A stretch of 64,000 nt of DNA from Octopus bimaculoides. Taxonomy: Eukaryota. The notes under the pieces were generated by a model. It saw nothing but the letters and a program-made list of their open reading frames with translations. It did no database searches and was not told the DNA's origin. Positions 13,658 through 25,279 of this stretch are shown piece after piece. The number at the start of each line of letters is the position of its first letter. Position 1 is the first letter of the stretch. The stretch is from NCBI RefSeq assembly GCF_001194135.2, contig NC_069002.1:36172354-36236353 (forward strand), given 5' to 3'. Position numbers and translations under genes: made by a program.

Positions 13658-14078
13658 TACACGAGGTGTATTCAAAACCTATCCGACTTCATTTTTTCCG
13701 GCAAAACGAATAGCACGCGTGCAAATTCATTGGGGGGTAGTTGACACACGTTTGCTGCGCATGCGTGAGCATTTTCGCAGCAGTAGGCCACGTCCCTTCC
13801 CGGCTGTTACGGCTAGAACACAAACGTAGAGCAGGCGCTCATCGGATTTTCGTTTTCCACGCAAGACGACGGAACGCATCCAGCAGAGACCTCAAAGCCA
13901 CGTCTCATCCCAAACGACGACGGTCTTCATGAAGTCTGGGTCGTGGTTTACACAGTCCAGCTTGTGCCGAGCGGTTTCTATGTGGAGCTGCTTCTGCTGT
14001 TGTGTCAGCCCCTTGAGGACATTAGCCGACACTCTCCACATGCATAAATTCTCCGTTAAAATGGAATGCAGTGATCCC
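13658..14078. mobile_element. rearranged mariner: 5' ITR and leader on +, inverted transposase fragment on -
   Basis: TACACGAGGTGTATTCAAAA ITR and leader ending (T)TERIQQR at 13889 on +. 13890-14078 reads GSLHSILTENLCMWRVSANVLKGLTQQQKQLHIETARHKLDCVNHDPDFMKTVVVWDETWL on -. Confidence 0.8.
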
Positions 14079-14097
14079 TAATCCTGTAGACATTCTC

Positions 14098-14253
14098 GCT
14101 TCGCGAGCAAATCGACCCCAGGACTTATTCTTTGTAAGCCTGGTACTTATTCTATCGGTCCCTTATGCCGAACCGCTAGGTTACGGGGACATAAACACAC
14201 CAGCATCAGTTGTCAAGCGATTTTGGGGGGGACAAACAGACACACAAACATAT
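14098..14253 (-). mobile_element. SINE family A 3' half, truncated by gap
   Basis: GAGCAAATCGACCCCAGGACTTATTCTTTGTAAGCC..CCAGCATCAGTTGTCAAGCG matches 3120-3250. Confidence 0.85.
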
Positions 14254-14750
14254 NNNNNNNNNNNNNNNNNNNNNNNNNNNNNNNNNNNNNNNNNNNNNNN
14301 NNNNNNNNNNNNNNNNNNNNNNNNNNNNNNNNNNNNNNNNNNNNNNNNNNNNNNNNNNNNNNNNNNNNNNNNNNNNNNNNNNNNNNNNNNNNNNNNNNNN
14401 NNNNNNNNNNNNNNNNNNNNNNNNNNNNNNNNNNNNNNNNNNNNNNNNNNNNNNNNNNNNNNNNNNNNNNNNNNNNNNNNNNNNNNNNNNNNNNNNNNNN
14501 NNNNNNNNNNNNNNNNNNNNNNNNNNNNNNNNNNNNNNNNNNNNNNNNNNNNNNNNNNNNNNNNNNNNNNNNNNNNNNNNNNNNNNNNNNNNNNNNNNNN
14601 NNNNNNNNNNNNNNNNNNNNNNNNNNNNNNNNNNNNNNNNNNNNNNNNNNNNNNNNNNNNNNNNNNNNNNNNNNNNNNNNNNNNNNNNNNNNNNNNNNNN
14701 NNNNNNNNNNNNNNNNNNNNNNNNNNNNNNNNNNNNNNNNNNNNNNNNNN
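14254..14750. other. assembly gap (N run)
   Basis: Run of N. Other gaps: 4592-4601, 16710-16745, 28448-28728, 33602-33625, 34307-34316, 40204-40490, 43449-43780, 47807-47816, 57865-58610. Confidence 0.99.
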
Positions 14751-14792
<42 letters not shown>

Positions 14793-15240
14793 ATAGCTAG
14801 ACAGATATGTATAAATCAATGTATATACATACATATGACATGTGTATATTTGTACATATGTGTGTGTATGCATATGTACGCACATACAGTCTTGTGGTGC
14901 TACAGTATGGCCGTACGCATAATAGATCGAATAGAGTAACTACAAATACCTCTATACAATTACCGACAGCATTACATGCGTACATGCACGCCCGTCTGCG
15001 TTCGTATATATATATACACACATATATATGCCTGTGTATACAGTTCTGTGTTTGTATAAAAATATATGTATATACGCAAGTGTGTATGTATGTTTTATAT
15101 TATATTATGATGGTGCAGGAAAGGTTAAGACACAGGTGTGAAGGAAGCTGGTATCAAATGACAAATGACGGAAAGTTGGAATGGCAGGGAAGGGATAATG
15201 CCTTTATTTATTTCTTGTTATTGCATCTCCACTGGAATTG

Positions 15241-16075
15241 ATAATGATGATGAGAAGGAGGGGGTGGAGGAGAGGGTTGGGTGTATGGTGAAGCTGATGA
15301 TGATGATGATGATGCAAAAGATGATGTCAAGGACAATAATAATGACGTTCATAATTATGACGACAACAATGTCGATGAGAACGATAACAGTGATGAGGAT
15401 GATGATGAGGATGATGATGATGATGTGATAATGAGGATTGTGATGGTAGACGTGGTGGTAATGATGATGATCGTGGTGATGATGATGGTGATGGTGGTGA
15501 TGGTGATGGTGGTGGTTGTTTTGGTAGTGGTGGTGGTGGGTGTGGTGGTCGTGGTGGGTGTGGTTGTGGTGGTGATGGTTGTGCTGGTTGTGGTGGTGGT
15601 CATGGTGGTACTGCTGGTGGTACTGACGGCAGTGGTGGTGGTGGTGGTGATGATGATATTGCCAACGATGATGATGATGATGGTCGTGGTGATGGTGGTG
15701 GTGGTTGAAGTAGCTTATTAATGATGATGTTAATGATGACTGTTGATGAGAACAACGACGGCGGCGGCGGCGGCGGCGATGTCGACGTCGCCGGTGGGGA
15801 TGATGGTTAAGAGCGGAGGTGATGACGATGACGATGATGATCATTTCGATGAGGATCAGAAGGTGTTGGTAGTAGTAGTAGTGGTGGTAGTGGCAGTGTA
15901 GGTGGGGACAACCGTTAGTACAATGGAAGCGAATTTGTAGTGGTAGCGGTCTCAGCAGCAGTAGCAGTTATAGTAGCAGCAGCAGTAGCAGCAGCAGTAG
16001 CAGTTATAGTAGCAGCAGCAGTAGCAGCAGCAGTAGCAGTTATAGTAGCAGCAGCAGTAGCAGTTGAATGAGAAT
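15241..16075. repeat. compound trinucleotide low-complexity tract (GAT/GGT/GGC/AGT/AGC)
   Basis: Successive (GAT)n, (GGT)n, (GGC)n and (AGC/AGT)n runs, with a 36-nt unit repeated 3 times at about 15958-16065. Confidence 0.95.
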
Positions 16076-16429
16076 GAAGCGCAGGCAGTGGGGGGGGGGG
16101 GGAGGATGAAGTGAAATACAGAATGAATTCTAAGGTAAACTGGAATAGATAGAACAGGATAGCATAGAATAGGATAAGATAGAAGAAGATAGAAGCATGA
16201 ACATAAAGCGTCAACATAGGATAGGCATGAAATGTAATGTTGGATAACAGAGTTGAATAAAATGGAGGGAGGAGTAGTGGAGGGTAAGACGAGAAGGGAA
16301 GAAGTGAGAGTAGCTGAATGGGAGGGGCATTTGTGGAGAGCCGACACTATATATAAGAACCAGCGACTAGCTTGATTCTGTGCACAAGAGAAATCTGCAG
16401 AGGAAGCCACAAACACACATACACACATA

Positions 16430-16587
16430 GAAATATATAGTTATATATATATATATATATATAAGTATATATACATATATAAACATATATAAACACATCG
16501 CTTAAAGTAATAAGGTGTGAAGATAACAGGTAGGTAAAAATATTTTGCAATAACTCTCAGCGGATTAGGATTAAATGAATATCTAAC

Positions 16588-16646
<59 letters not shown>

Positions 16647-16801
16647 TATATATACACATATATATATATATACACACAAATATATATATACACATATATA
16701 TATATATATNNNNNNNNNNNNNNNNNNNNNNNNNNNNNNNNNNNNATATATACACACATATATATATATATACATATATACACATATACATATATACACA
16801 C

Positions 16802-16832
<31 letters not shown>

Positions 16833-16897
16833 TATATATACACATATATATATATATATATACATATATACATGTATATATGTACGTACGTGCATAT

Positions 16898-16928
<31 letters not shown>

Positions 16929-16930
16929 TA
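16430..16930. repeat. (TA)n/(TACA)n microsatellite tract with gap
   Basis: Direct sequence. Similar tracts at 1-38, 7050-7260, 18630-18900, 22100-22310, 43350-43900, 49750-49815 and elsewhere. Confidence 0.95.
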
Positions 16931-17271
16931 TGCAAACACACACATACACACACCATTTATTGATATATCAATAGAATTAATGTGATACATGATTGTAATA
17001 ATATACACTAATATTGATGGTGGAGGTAGCGGTAGATTTGCAGGCGTCTGAAATGTTTTCTTTTATTTTATTGATGTGGAAAGAAGGAAGGCCTTCAGTC
17101 AGCCAAGTGGGTTTGCTGTTGCTGCAAATCTTTACCTTGTTGCTTGTAGTATGGTTTCAAATGACCAGCTTGTATGAAAAAATATTGATGCATATAAATA
17201 TAGTGTGTGTGTGTTTATGTATTATGTGTATTATATGCGTGTGTGTGTGTGTTTATGCCTGTATTTATATA

Positions 17272-17311
<40 letters not shown>

Positions 17312-17550
17312 TTAATTATTTCTATGCATATACATACATATACTATATGCCTTTGTTGTTTTGTATGATCTCAGTCATAGGTCAGTCTGGTTGGCATAGC
17401 CAAGCCCAACCCATTTGCTCTTGTTTTTCTCTCAAATATATTGTGTAACATCATTTAAGGGTGATCTTTCTTTATACCTATCAAGCTCTCTACTTAAATA
17501 CCTATTAATCAACCATTCTATCTATCTACCCGTCTATCTATATACCTACC

Positions 17551-17602
<52 letters not shown>

Positions 17603-17759
17603 GTTTGTGTATGTACTGTATATATTTGTATGTAGATGGTTTTTGGCCATATGATACAATATTTGATAAAATATAAAATGATAAAAAATCTAGTTTCACT
17701 TTCAAAACGAATTTTCACAAATTCTTCTCTTCCTGCCACTCACTCACAAATTTTCCTCT

Positions 17760-18400
17760 TCCAAGATTGGATTTTCACTATATATTTTATCAAATTCAGC
17801 AGTCTCCCACCTTCTCTCTCTCTCTCTCTAATTATCTCTATTCCTCTCTCTCCTTCTCTTTCTTCCTCTTTGTCTCTTTCTCTCTCTCCCTCTCTACCTC
17901 TTTGTCTATTTCTCTCTCTTCCCTTCTCTTTTTCGCTCTCCCTCTCTTTCACTCTTTTCGTCTCTTTCCCTGCCATCCCTCCTCTCTCTCTACCCCCTCT
18001 CCTTCTCTCCCTCCTCTCACTTCTCTCTCTCACGCTGCCTCACGTTTTTTCATTCGATGTCATTTACCCTTTCTCTGTTTCTTCTTTCTCTTTTGCGTCT
18101 TTCTTCTTTGCGCGCGCGCACGCACACACTCATTCACACACGCGCGCACACTCAATCACACGCCCGTGTGCATCCACACACCCACTCGTATACTCACACT
18201 CTCACGCGCATATACATCATTGCCCTTCGCTCTTTTTACTCTGTACCTGATCAAAATGAAATAAATTTATTCCTACCTATCTCTCTCCCTCCCTCTCTGT
18301 CTCCTTCTCTCTCTCTCTCCCTCCCATACACGCTCCTTTTTCTATTGTCTCTCTCTCCTTCTCTCTCCTTGAACACGTGCATATACACACATAGTTATCG
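17760..18400. repeat. (CT)n-rich polypyrimidine tract
   Basis: About 600 bp of degenerate CT/CTT repeats with an internal CA/CG tract. Confidence 0.9.
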
Positions 18401-18771
18401 CTATTCCCTAACTATTCGCCCTTCTTATATAATCTTGTCTACCTGTATTTTACCTTTTTAATTTACCGTTCTAAAGACATAAATAACCTCTGAACTCCAT
18501 CGTTTAATAAGTTGTTGGGATTATATATACTCCAGTAAATATTTATAAGGTACTCCCAGGACTACGTAGTAAATAATCAATTAAAATGAATCTATGAAAA
18601 TAATACACATGACACCTCTAAGAAATATGTCATACACACACACACACACACATAAATATATATATATATATATACATATATACATACATACATGCATACA
18701 TATATATATATACACACACAAAGTATATATATAAATATATGTATTTATTAAAAGATACAAACATATATGTT

Positions 18772-18823
<52 letters not shown>

Positions 18824-19264
18824 CACGCATACACACACACACACACGGACACGCATACGCACGCACACGGACACGCACACACACATATTAATAAAAATAT
18901 ATATAATGATATTTAGAGATCTATTTTTTCCTGTTTGCATGTCCATACCTACACACACACGCTCACACACACACACATATTTAGTCAGTAAATCACAAGG
19001 TATGTGTACTGGTATTAGGGGCCAAGAGTACAGAACGATGCGAACTAACACCAATGTTATTCTAATATGTACTTTACTTAGGAGAGAGAAGGGCAAATGT
19101 TGGTACGAAACAAACAAAATACCTGCATCTGGATTTGAACGCAGAACACAACGGAGCTTTACCTTACGGTTAAGCATCCAATTTCGATATTGCGGAGTAT
19201 GTGCTTCATTCAGCAAAAAACATCACATCCTAATCCATGAATGTTACGGATATCAAAACATCCC

Positions 19265-19705
19265 ATTTCTTACCATCGGACAAAATGCTTTGAAAGAATA
19301 TTATTTATTTTCGTTCTTTACGTTCTGATTTCAAATCTCGCCAACTTTACCTTGTATGCTTTCGGGCCGATAAAATAAAGGACCTGTAAAGTACTCTGGT
19401 CGATTTAATCCCCTGTGCTCATCCCAAACATCTGAGGCTTTGCCTCTACGTTAGAGATAATCGCCATCCTTTTCATACTTTTTCATCAGCATTTTCAGTT
19501 TCATCGTCAATTTCTCTCTCGTCTTTTACAGACATTTTCTGCTCAAACTGTAAATTTTCCTTGCTAAACCCTCATCATTTTATTGCCCCGTAGCAACTTA
19601 TTATCAACATTGCCTTCCATCATTTCGGGGGTTGATAAAGTACGAGTGAAGTACTGGGGATGACGTAAACGACTAACTCCCTAAAAATTGATGACCTTCG
19701 TCTTC

Positions 19706-19738
<33 letters not shown>

Positions 19739-21260
19739 GGTGGTGAGCTGGCAGAATCGTTAGCACACCGGGCGAAATGCTTAGCAACATTTTGTCCGTC
19801 TTTACGTTCTGAGTTCAAATTCCGCTGAGGTAGAGTTTGCCTTTCATCCTTTCGAGGTCGATAAATGAAGTACTAGTGAAACACTGGAGTCCATGTAATC
19901 GACTATCTCCCTCCCTTAATTTCCAGGCCTTGTGCCTATAATAGAAAATATTATTACTATTATTATTACTATTAAGGCGGTGAGCTGGCAGAAACGTTAG
20001 AACACCGGGCAAAATGCTTCGCGACATTTCGTACGTCCCTACGCTCTGAGTAGAAATTTCGCCGAGGTCACCAAGGTCACCGAGGTCGATAGAATAAGTA
20101 CCAGTTGAACACTGAGGTCGATATAATCGACTCATTTCCACCTCCGCAAAGCTGCCCTTGTGACAAAAAGTTTAAATAATAATAATATTTATTATTATTA
20201 TTATCATCATTACTATTGGCTGAATAATCATAATTAATATTATTGTTATGGCTGAGTCATCAACATGCCGGACAAAATACTTAGCAGCGGATCATTTGAT
20301 TCTTTACGTTCTTTGTAGAAATTCTGCTGAGGCCGACTTCACCGTTCGTCCTTTCAGACTCAATGAAACGAGAACCAGTTAAGCACCAGTTAAATTGATT
20401 ACATCGATTTTGCCCTTTCCAAGATTGCTGGCCGTGTTCCAAAATTTGAAACCATTATTATTATTATTATTATTATTACAAACTTTGGGTTGGTTTAATG
20501 ATCAGAGCGTGACAAAATACCTCAGGGGGCTTCTTCCAGTGCACTCTGAACTAAAATCCCTCTTTGGTCAAATTTGCCTGTTATTCATTACCGCACTTCA
20601 TAGAATGAAGTACCAGTAAAATGCCAGAAGGGCGGAATAATCGACAAACCCGCTTCCCTTAAATTTCTGAATGTGTACCTCGTTTAGAAGCAATCATTAA
20701 ATAAAATTACAGAGTAAGGCAGTGAGTGGGCTGGCAGAATCGAGAATATGCAGAGCAAAATGCTTCGCGCAATTTCGTCCATCTTTACATTCAGAATTCA
20801 AATTCTGCCGAGGTCGACTTCGTCATTTGATCCTTTCGGAGTCGATAAAATAAGTACCACTTGACAATTTGAGTAGATGTAGCAATAGCTCGCCTTTGTT
20901 AAAATTTGAATAATATTATTAAAGAGTTAAGGTTTTACAAAGTGTGTAAAGCTGCGAACAAAATGTCTTTGTAGCTTGTGTTTAGCATCTACGTTCCGAA
21001 TTTTATTCCCTGCCACATTTTACCATCTTGCGTTCAATATAAGTTCCCTGTTAGATACAAATATCATTCGCTATCATTTTACCAATAACAAAAATCGAGC
21101 TGGCAGAATCGATAGAGCGTCGGACAAAATGCTTATCCGCATTTCCTCTGCTCTCAGTTCAAATTCCGCGATCGTCAAATTTGTTTTTCCCTATTTCGGC
21201 GTCGATAAAATAAAGCAGGAATCAAGTATTGGGTTCGCTGTAATCCTTTCAGGTTTGTTA
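19265..21260 (+). mobile_element. cluster of about 7 same-orientation SINE family B copies separated by (TAT)n/(AAT)n
   Basis: Copies start near 19270, 19615 (partial), 19735, 19971, 20265, 20715 and 21098; each has the GAGTTCAAATTCCGC/GTCGATAA core. Confidence 0.85.
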
Positions 21261-21664
21261 ACTTTGGACCCAAAACTAGTATACATAATTAAAAATACTA
21301 CCAGCAGTTGTCGTAGTATTAATTGTAGTATAGTAAGCAATATGGAAGTCTATGATTTCTAATCTGATTGTGTCAATTTGCAGACAACAATGACTTTTAA
21401 ACAGACCCCACTCCTTCTACCGTAACATCAAGTCCATTTTTTCAGCGCTTGTTATCAACTTTAGAGCCATATCTTGTTTGTTTCTTCTACTTAAAATTGA
21501 AGTGATACGCACCATGTTACCACTATATATATATATATGTGTATATATATGTATATATGTCACATACACACATGTATGTATATATATATATATATGTTTA
21601 TGTGCGCGTGTATGTATATACATATATATGTTGGGTGTGTGCATGTGTACATACACAAATACAC

Positions 21665-21702
<38 letters not shown>

Positions 21703-22156
21703 TACAAAATCAGCATGAGCTAGAAATAGCCCCAGGTTATCCTAACCCTTACTAGAACAAGAGACACAATGAAGGAACACGCCCAAAACAAGACACAAAA
21801 GGCTCAGTGCCAGTCACACAAACAAACCAACAAACGCATCAAACGTATACGTTCCATCATCCGCTGCCTGTATCGTATCAACGTATTATACTCTATCATA
21901 CAGTTTATTCGTAACATGTATAGTATATACATTGTATACGTTAGATGTGTGCATACAATTCTTTTGAGGTATTGAAACCTCCACTTTTATATTAATTCAA
22001 TACTTATAATACCTTTACCTCCAAGACTACCACAAACGCACACAAATGCGCACATACGCGCATACACTCAAACACATAAGTACGTACGTACCACTCATAC
22101 TCTCCATATATATGTATATATATATATATAGACATACACAAACACACGCATATATA

Positions 22157-22199
<43 letters not shown>

Positions 22200-22250
22200 T
22201 ATATACATGAAACCACAGATGAAATTGTCTGTCTACATATGTGTATACAC

Positions 22251-22286
<36 letters not shown>

Positions 22287-22434
22287 CATACATACATACA
22301 CATATGTACTGTGTATATGCACTGATATACTATGTGTGCGTGAAACACCCAGACTGAAGAAGTCAGAAAGACCATGGTGGTGCTCCAGCATGACCACAGC
22401 CGCATGGCTGAAACAAGTAAAAGAGTATATATAT

Positions 22435-22493
<59 letters not shown>

Positions 22494-23081
22494 TAAAGAT
22501 AGAGAGAGAGAGATAGAGAGAGAGATAGAGAGATAGATTATATCCCGTTTTCTCAAAAGAAGTGTTTGACAATGCGAAAATATTACTGGGCCCTTTGCAC
22601 AGGATCGATCCTTGGAACACTCTACGCACAAGTTGTATGCTACATGTTTTCAATTAGATCTATTTTTTACCATCACGCCACCATAATTATGCAAACTGCG
22701 AACCACTAAGTTATATATTCAGTTTTAGTTGCAGCTTTTTTATCTTTTCACAGATATATGGATGTACATTACAACCACCTACGCGCCTTCGATCTATTAT
22801 AACTTGCAGCCCACGCAAAAGCGTTTTTTTTTTCTTTTTCATTCCATGCTATTATACGTTATTGATTTCGTTAACATTAACACAATATATATTTTTAAAG
22901 GGTACCCGTATATACACCCACGCTCGCGCACAAACGCACACATACAAGCATATAGTAAACACACACACACACACACACACATATTTATATAGATGTATCT
23001 GCTTCGGGTTGACTGTTCGAATAGAAGACAACTCGGTACGATGGTAGAGATTAACAAGATAATTTATTTCGGCCGAATCAG

Positions 23082-23203
23082 CCTGTTGCTACTCCGAGTT
23101 TTACCTGTTGGTGCACAGGATTTTCAGGCGAGTTATGACTTGCCTTGGGTCATAACTTACCTGACGATCCTGCGTACGCACAGATGAAATTTAGAGTAGC
23201 AGG
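23082..23203. ncRNA. palindrome made of two inverted hammerhead-like motifs (probable Penelope-like pLTR end)
   Basis: + strand: CTGACGA (23161-67), TCCTG..CAG, GAAA (23186-89), ..AGTA. - strand arm: CTGAAAA TCCTG TGCACCAA CAGG TAAAACTCGGAGTA. Central hairpin AGTTATGAC/GTCATAACT. Confidence 0.5.
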
Positions 23204-23238
23204 GGACTGACTCGAGCAAAATAATATATATATATATA

Positions 23239-23326
23239 TGGCACCTTGGGCAAATGTCTTCTACTATAGCCTCAGGCCCACCAAGCCTTGTGAGTGGATT
23301 TGGTAGACGGAAACTGGAAGACCGTC

Positions 23327-23386
<60 letters not shown>

Positions 23387-23599
23387 GTGTGTGTTTATAT
23401 CTTCGTGTGTGTGTGTGTCCCCAACATTGCTTGACAACCGATGCTGGTGTGTATACGTCCCCGTAATATAGCGGTTCGGCAAAAGAGACAGATAGAATAA
23501 GTACTAGGCTTACACAGAATAAGCTCTGGGGTCGATTTGCTCGACTAAAGGCGGTGCTCCAGCGTGGCCGCAGTCAAATGGCTGAAACAAGTAAAAGAA
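23239..23599 (+). mobile_element. SINE family A (5' truncated)
   Basis: GGCACCTTGGGCAAATGTCTTCTACTATAGCC...GGTGCTCCAGCGTGGCCGCAGTCAAATGGCTGAAACAAGTAAAAGA. Confidence 0.9.
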
Positions 23600-23654
23600 A
23601 AAATATATATGTATATATGTATGTATGCATTTATGTTTGTATGTATATATATGG

Positions 23655-23945
23655 TACTCCGTCTGTAACGACGATGAGTTGAATTCTACTTGATCCTATC
23701 AACGGAATGCCCTGGTTGGGAAAATCCACAGACACATATACCCTCAACGTAGTTCTGAGAGAGATTCAGCGTGACACAGAATGTGACGAGGCTGGTCCTT
23801 TGTAACACAGGTTCTACTCATTTTAACAGCTGAGTGCAGTGCATTGACGTGAAATGAAGTGCCCTGTTCAAGGACGACACGCGCCGCCGGGTATCGAGCT
23901 AATGACACTAGGATCGTGAGCCGCATACAGTAACGACTAAACTAC
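23655..23945 (-). mobile_element. tRNA-derived SINE, family C
   Basis: Minus strand has GGCTCACGATCC..CGATACCCGGCGGCGCGTGTCGTCCTTGAACAGGGCACTTCATTTCACG. A related + copy lies at about 31570-31730. Confidence 0.75.
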
Positions 23946-24529
23946 AGTTAGTGCGTGTGTGCGTGTGTGTGCGTGTGTGTGTGCGTCCGCGCGCGCTGAT
24001 CATGCATCTGCTTCGGTCAACTGCGTGTCTTGCTTATCGAATAAACTTGTAAGTGTCTGAGTATTCCATAGCTATATGACGTAGACGTACTTTTGAGACA
24101 GAATCATTGTAACACAGAATGTATGTTCCATGTAGAATCCACTGAATGGGCTTCTCTACAGTTTCCGGCTACCGAGTATGTGTCGAGCCAAACATACAAA
24201 CGATAACATTGTCCAAGGTCGTACGTGGTGGAATCGAATTCGGAAATTTAGGCACACAGAGCAAGCTTCTTATTCTGCCTTCTTACCCTGACCTTAGCTT
24301 ACGGCGAGACTGCCGACGACGCCTATTAAACGGAAACTTTGAATTTTCTTTCAAACTTGTCCTAGTAAAAATTAATAAAGCTTCCTTCTCAGCCACAGGG
24401 TTCGGGGTTTAGCCCCACTGCGTGACAAATTGGGTGAGTGTCTTCTATTATAGCGTAGGGCCGACTAAATCTTTCTGAGTGGTGAATTCGCTAGAGAGAA
24501 AATGAAAGAAGCCCATCGTCTATACACAC

Positions 24530-24567
<38 letters not shown>

Positions 24568-24569
24568 AT

Positions 24570-24730
24570 CACCTTGATCACCTTGACCGACCAGTCCGTC
24601 AGGTGTTCATTTGACACCGCTGGTCACAGCACGCTGTCCACTCCTCTCTGGATCGCGCCTTCCTCATCCACGTGGTCCCAATCACCCTCCTAAAATCGTA
24701 ACTCCACCGTCGTGGAGGCCTTCCGAGTGT
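24570..24730 (-). mobile_element. RTE-clade LINE 3' end
   Basis: Minus strand reads RTLGRPPRRWSYDFRRVIGTTWMRKARSREEWTACCDQR, matching the RTE C-terminal RxxGRPxxRW...WxxxAxDRxxW motif. Confidence 0.75.
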
Positions 24731-24899
24731 GCGTGTGTTTGGGTGGGTGGGTGTGCGCGAGCGCAGGAGCCTGTGTGTAGTCGTCCCTGGCCAGATAAAT
24801 CGCAAACTTCTCACTACACGTGCCATCAAAAGCCTTGCAAGTAGGTTTAGCAGCCTGAAACTTAAAGAAGCCCGTTGTAGCAACAGGCTTCGCTGTGTG

Positions 24900-25042
24900 G
24901 TCGGGAAAATTTCTTCCCAGCCATGTGGTTCTGTGTCCAGTCCTACTGCGCGATACCATTGGTCTGTAATTTCTACTGTATCTCCAAGCCAACCAAATAG
25001 TTATGAGAGGATTTTGTAGACAGAAACTGAAAGAAGCCTGTC

Positions 25043-25045
<3 letters not shown>
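24900..25045 (+). mobile_element. SINE family A 5' half (degenerate); another partial copy at about 24370-24530
   Basis: GCTGTGTGGTC..TTCCCAGCCATGTGGTTC..GTCCTACTGCG..ACAGAAACTGAAAGAAGCCTGTCG. Confidence 0.75.
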
Positions 25046-25073
<28 letters not shown>

Positions 25074-25078
<5 letters not shown>

Positions 25079-25279
25079 CTAAACGCTTCAACTCCATGTA
25101 CTTAACACGCCACTGATAGTTTCCCGCACATGCGTATGTTCATCAGGCGCCAGTCGCACTTTACTTTATTTAAACTAAAGTTTTGAGGGTATAGTGCGAT
25201 TGGTGCCTGATTAACGTACGCATGTACGGTAAACTATCAGTGGCGCGTTAAGTACATGCAGTTGAAACGTTCAGTGATA
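25074..25279. mobile_element. foldback MITE (about 92-bp inverted arms, about 25-bp spacer)
   Basis: Left arm TATTACTAAACGCTTCAACTCCATGTACTTAACACGCCACTGATAGTTT... is the reverse complement of the right arm ...AAACTATCAGTGGCGCGTTAAGTACATGCAGTTGAAACGTTCAGTGATA. Confidence 0.85.

Noticed and set aside
14071-14885. Long ORFs (190-280 aa) here and at 28.3, 40.0, 43.3 and 57.8 kb
   Set aside because: They run through N gaps and (TA)n/(CA)n microsatellites.
15165-16428. Poly-His/Val/Asp/Thr and Cys-rich ORFs
   Set aside because: Translations of trinucleotide repeats in all frames; no splice or homology support.
18985-19168. 15-nt microexon plus 87-nt exon on +
   Set aside because: Two frames are open, the second donor (GTTAAG) is weak, and there is no homology; indistinguishable from chance.
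19265-21260. CRISPR-like repeat/spacer appearance
   Set aside because: Units are about 200-bp diverged SINEs with simple-repeat linkers, in eukaryotic context.
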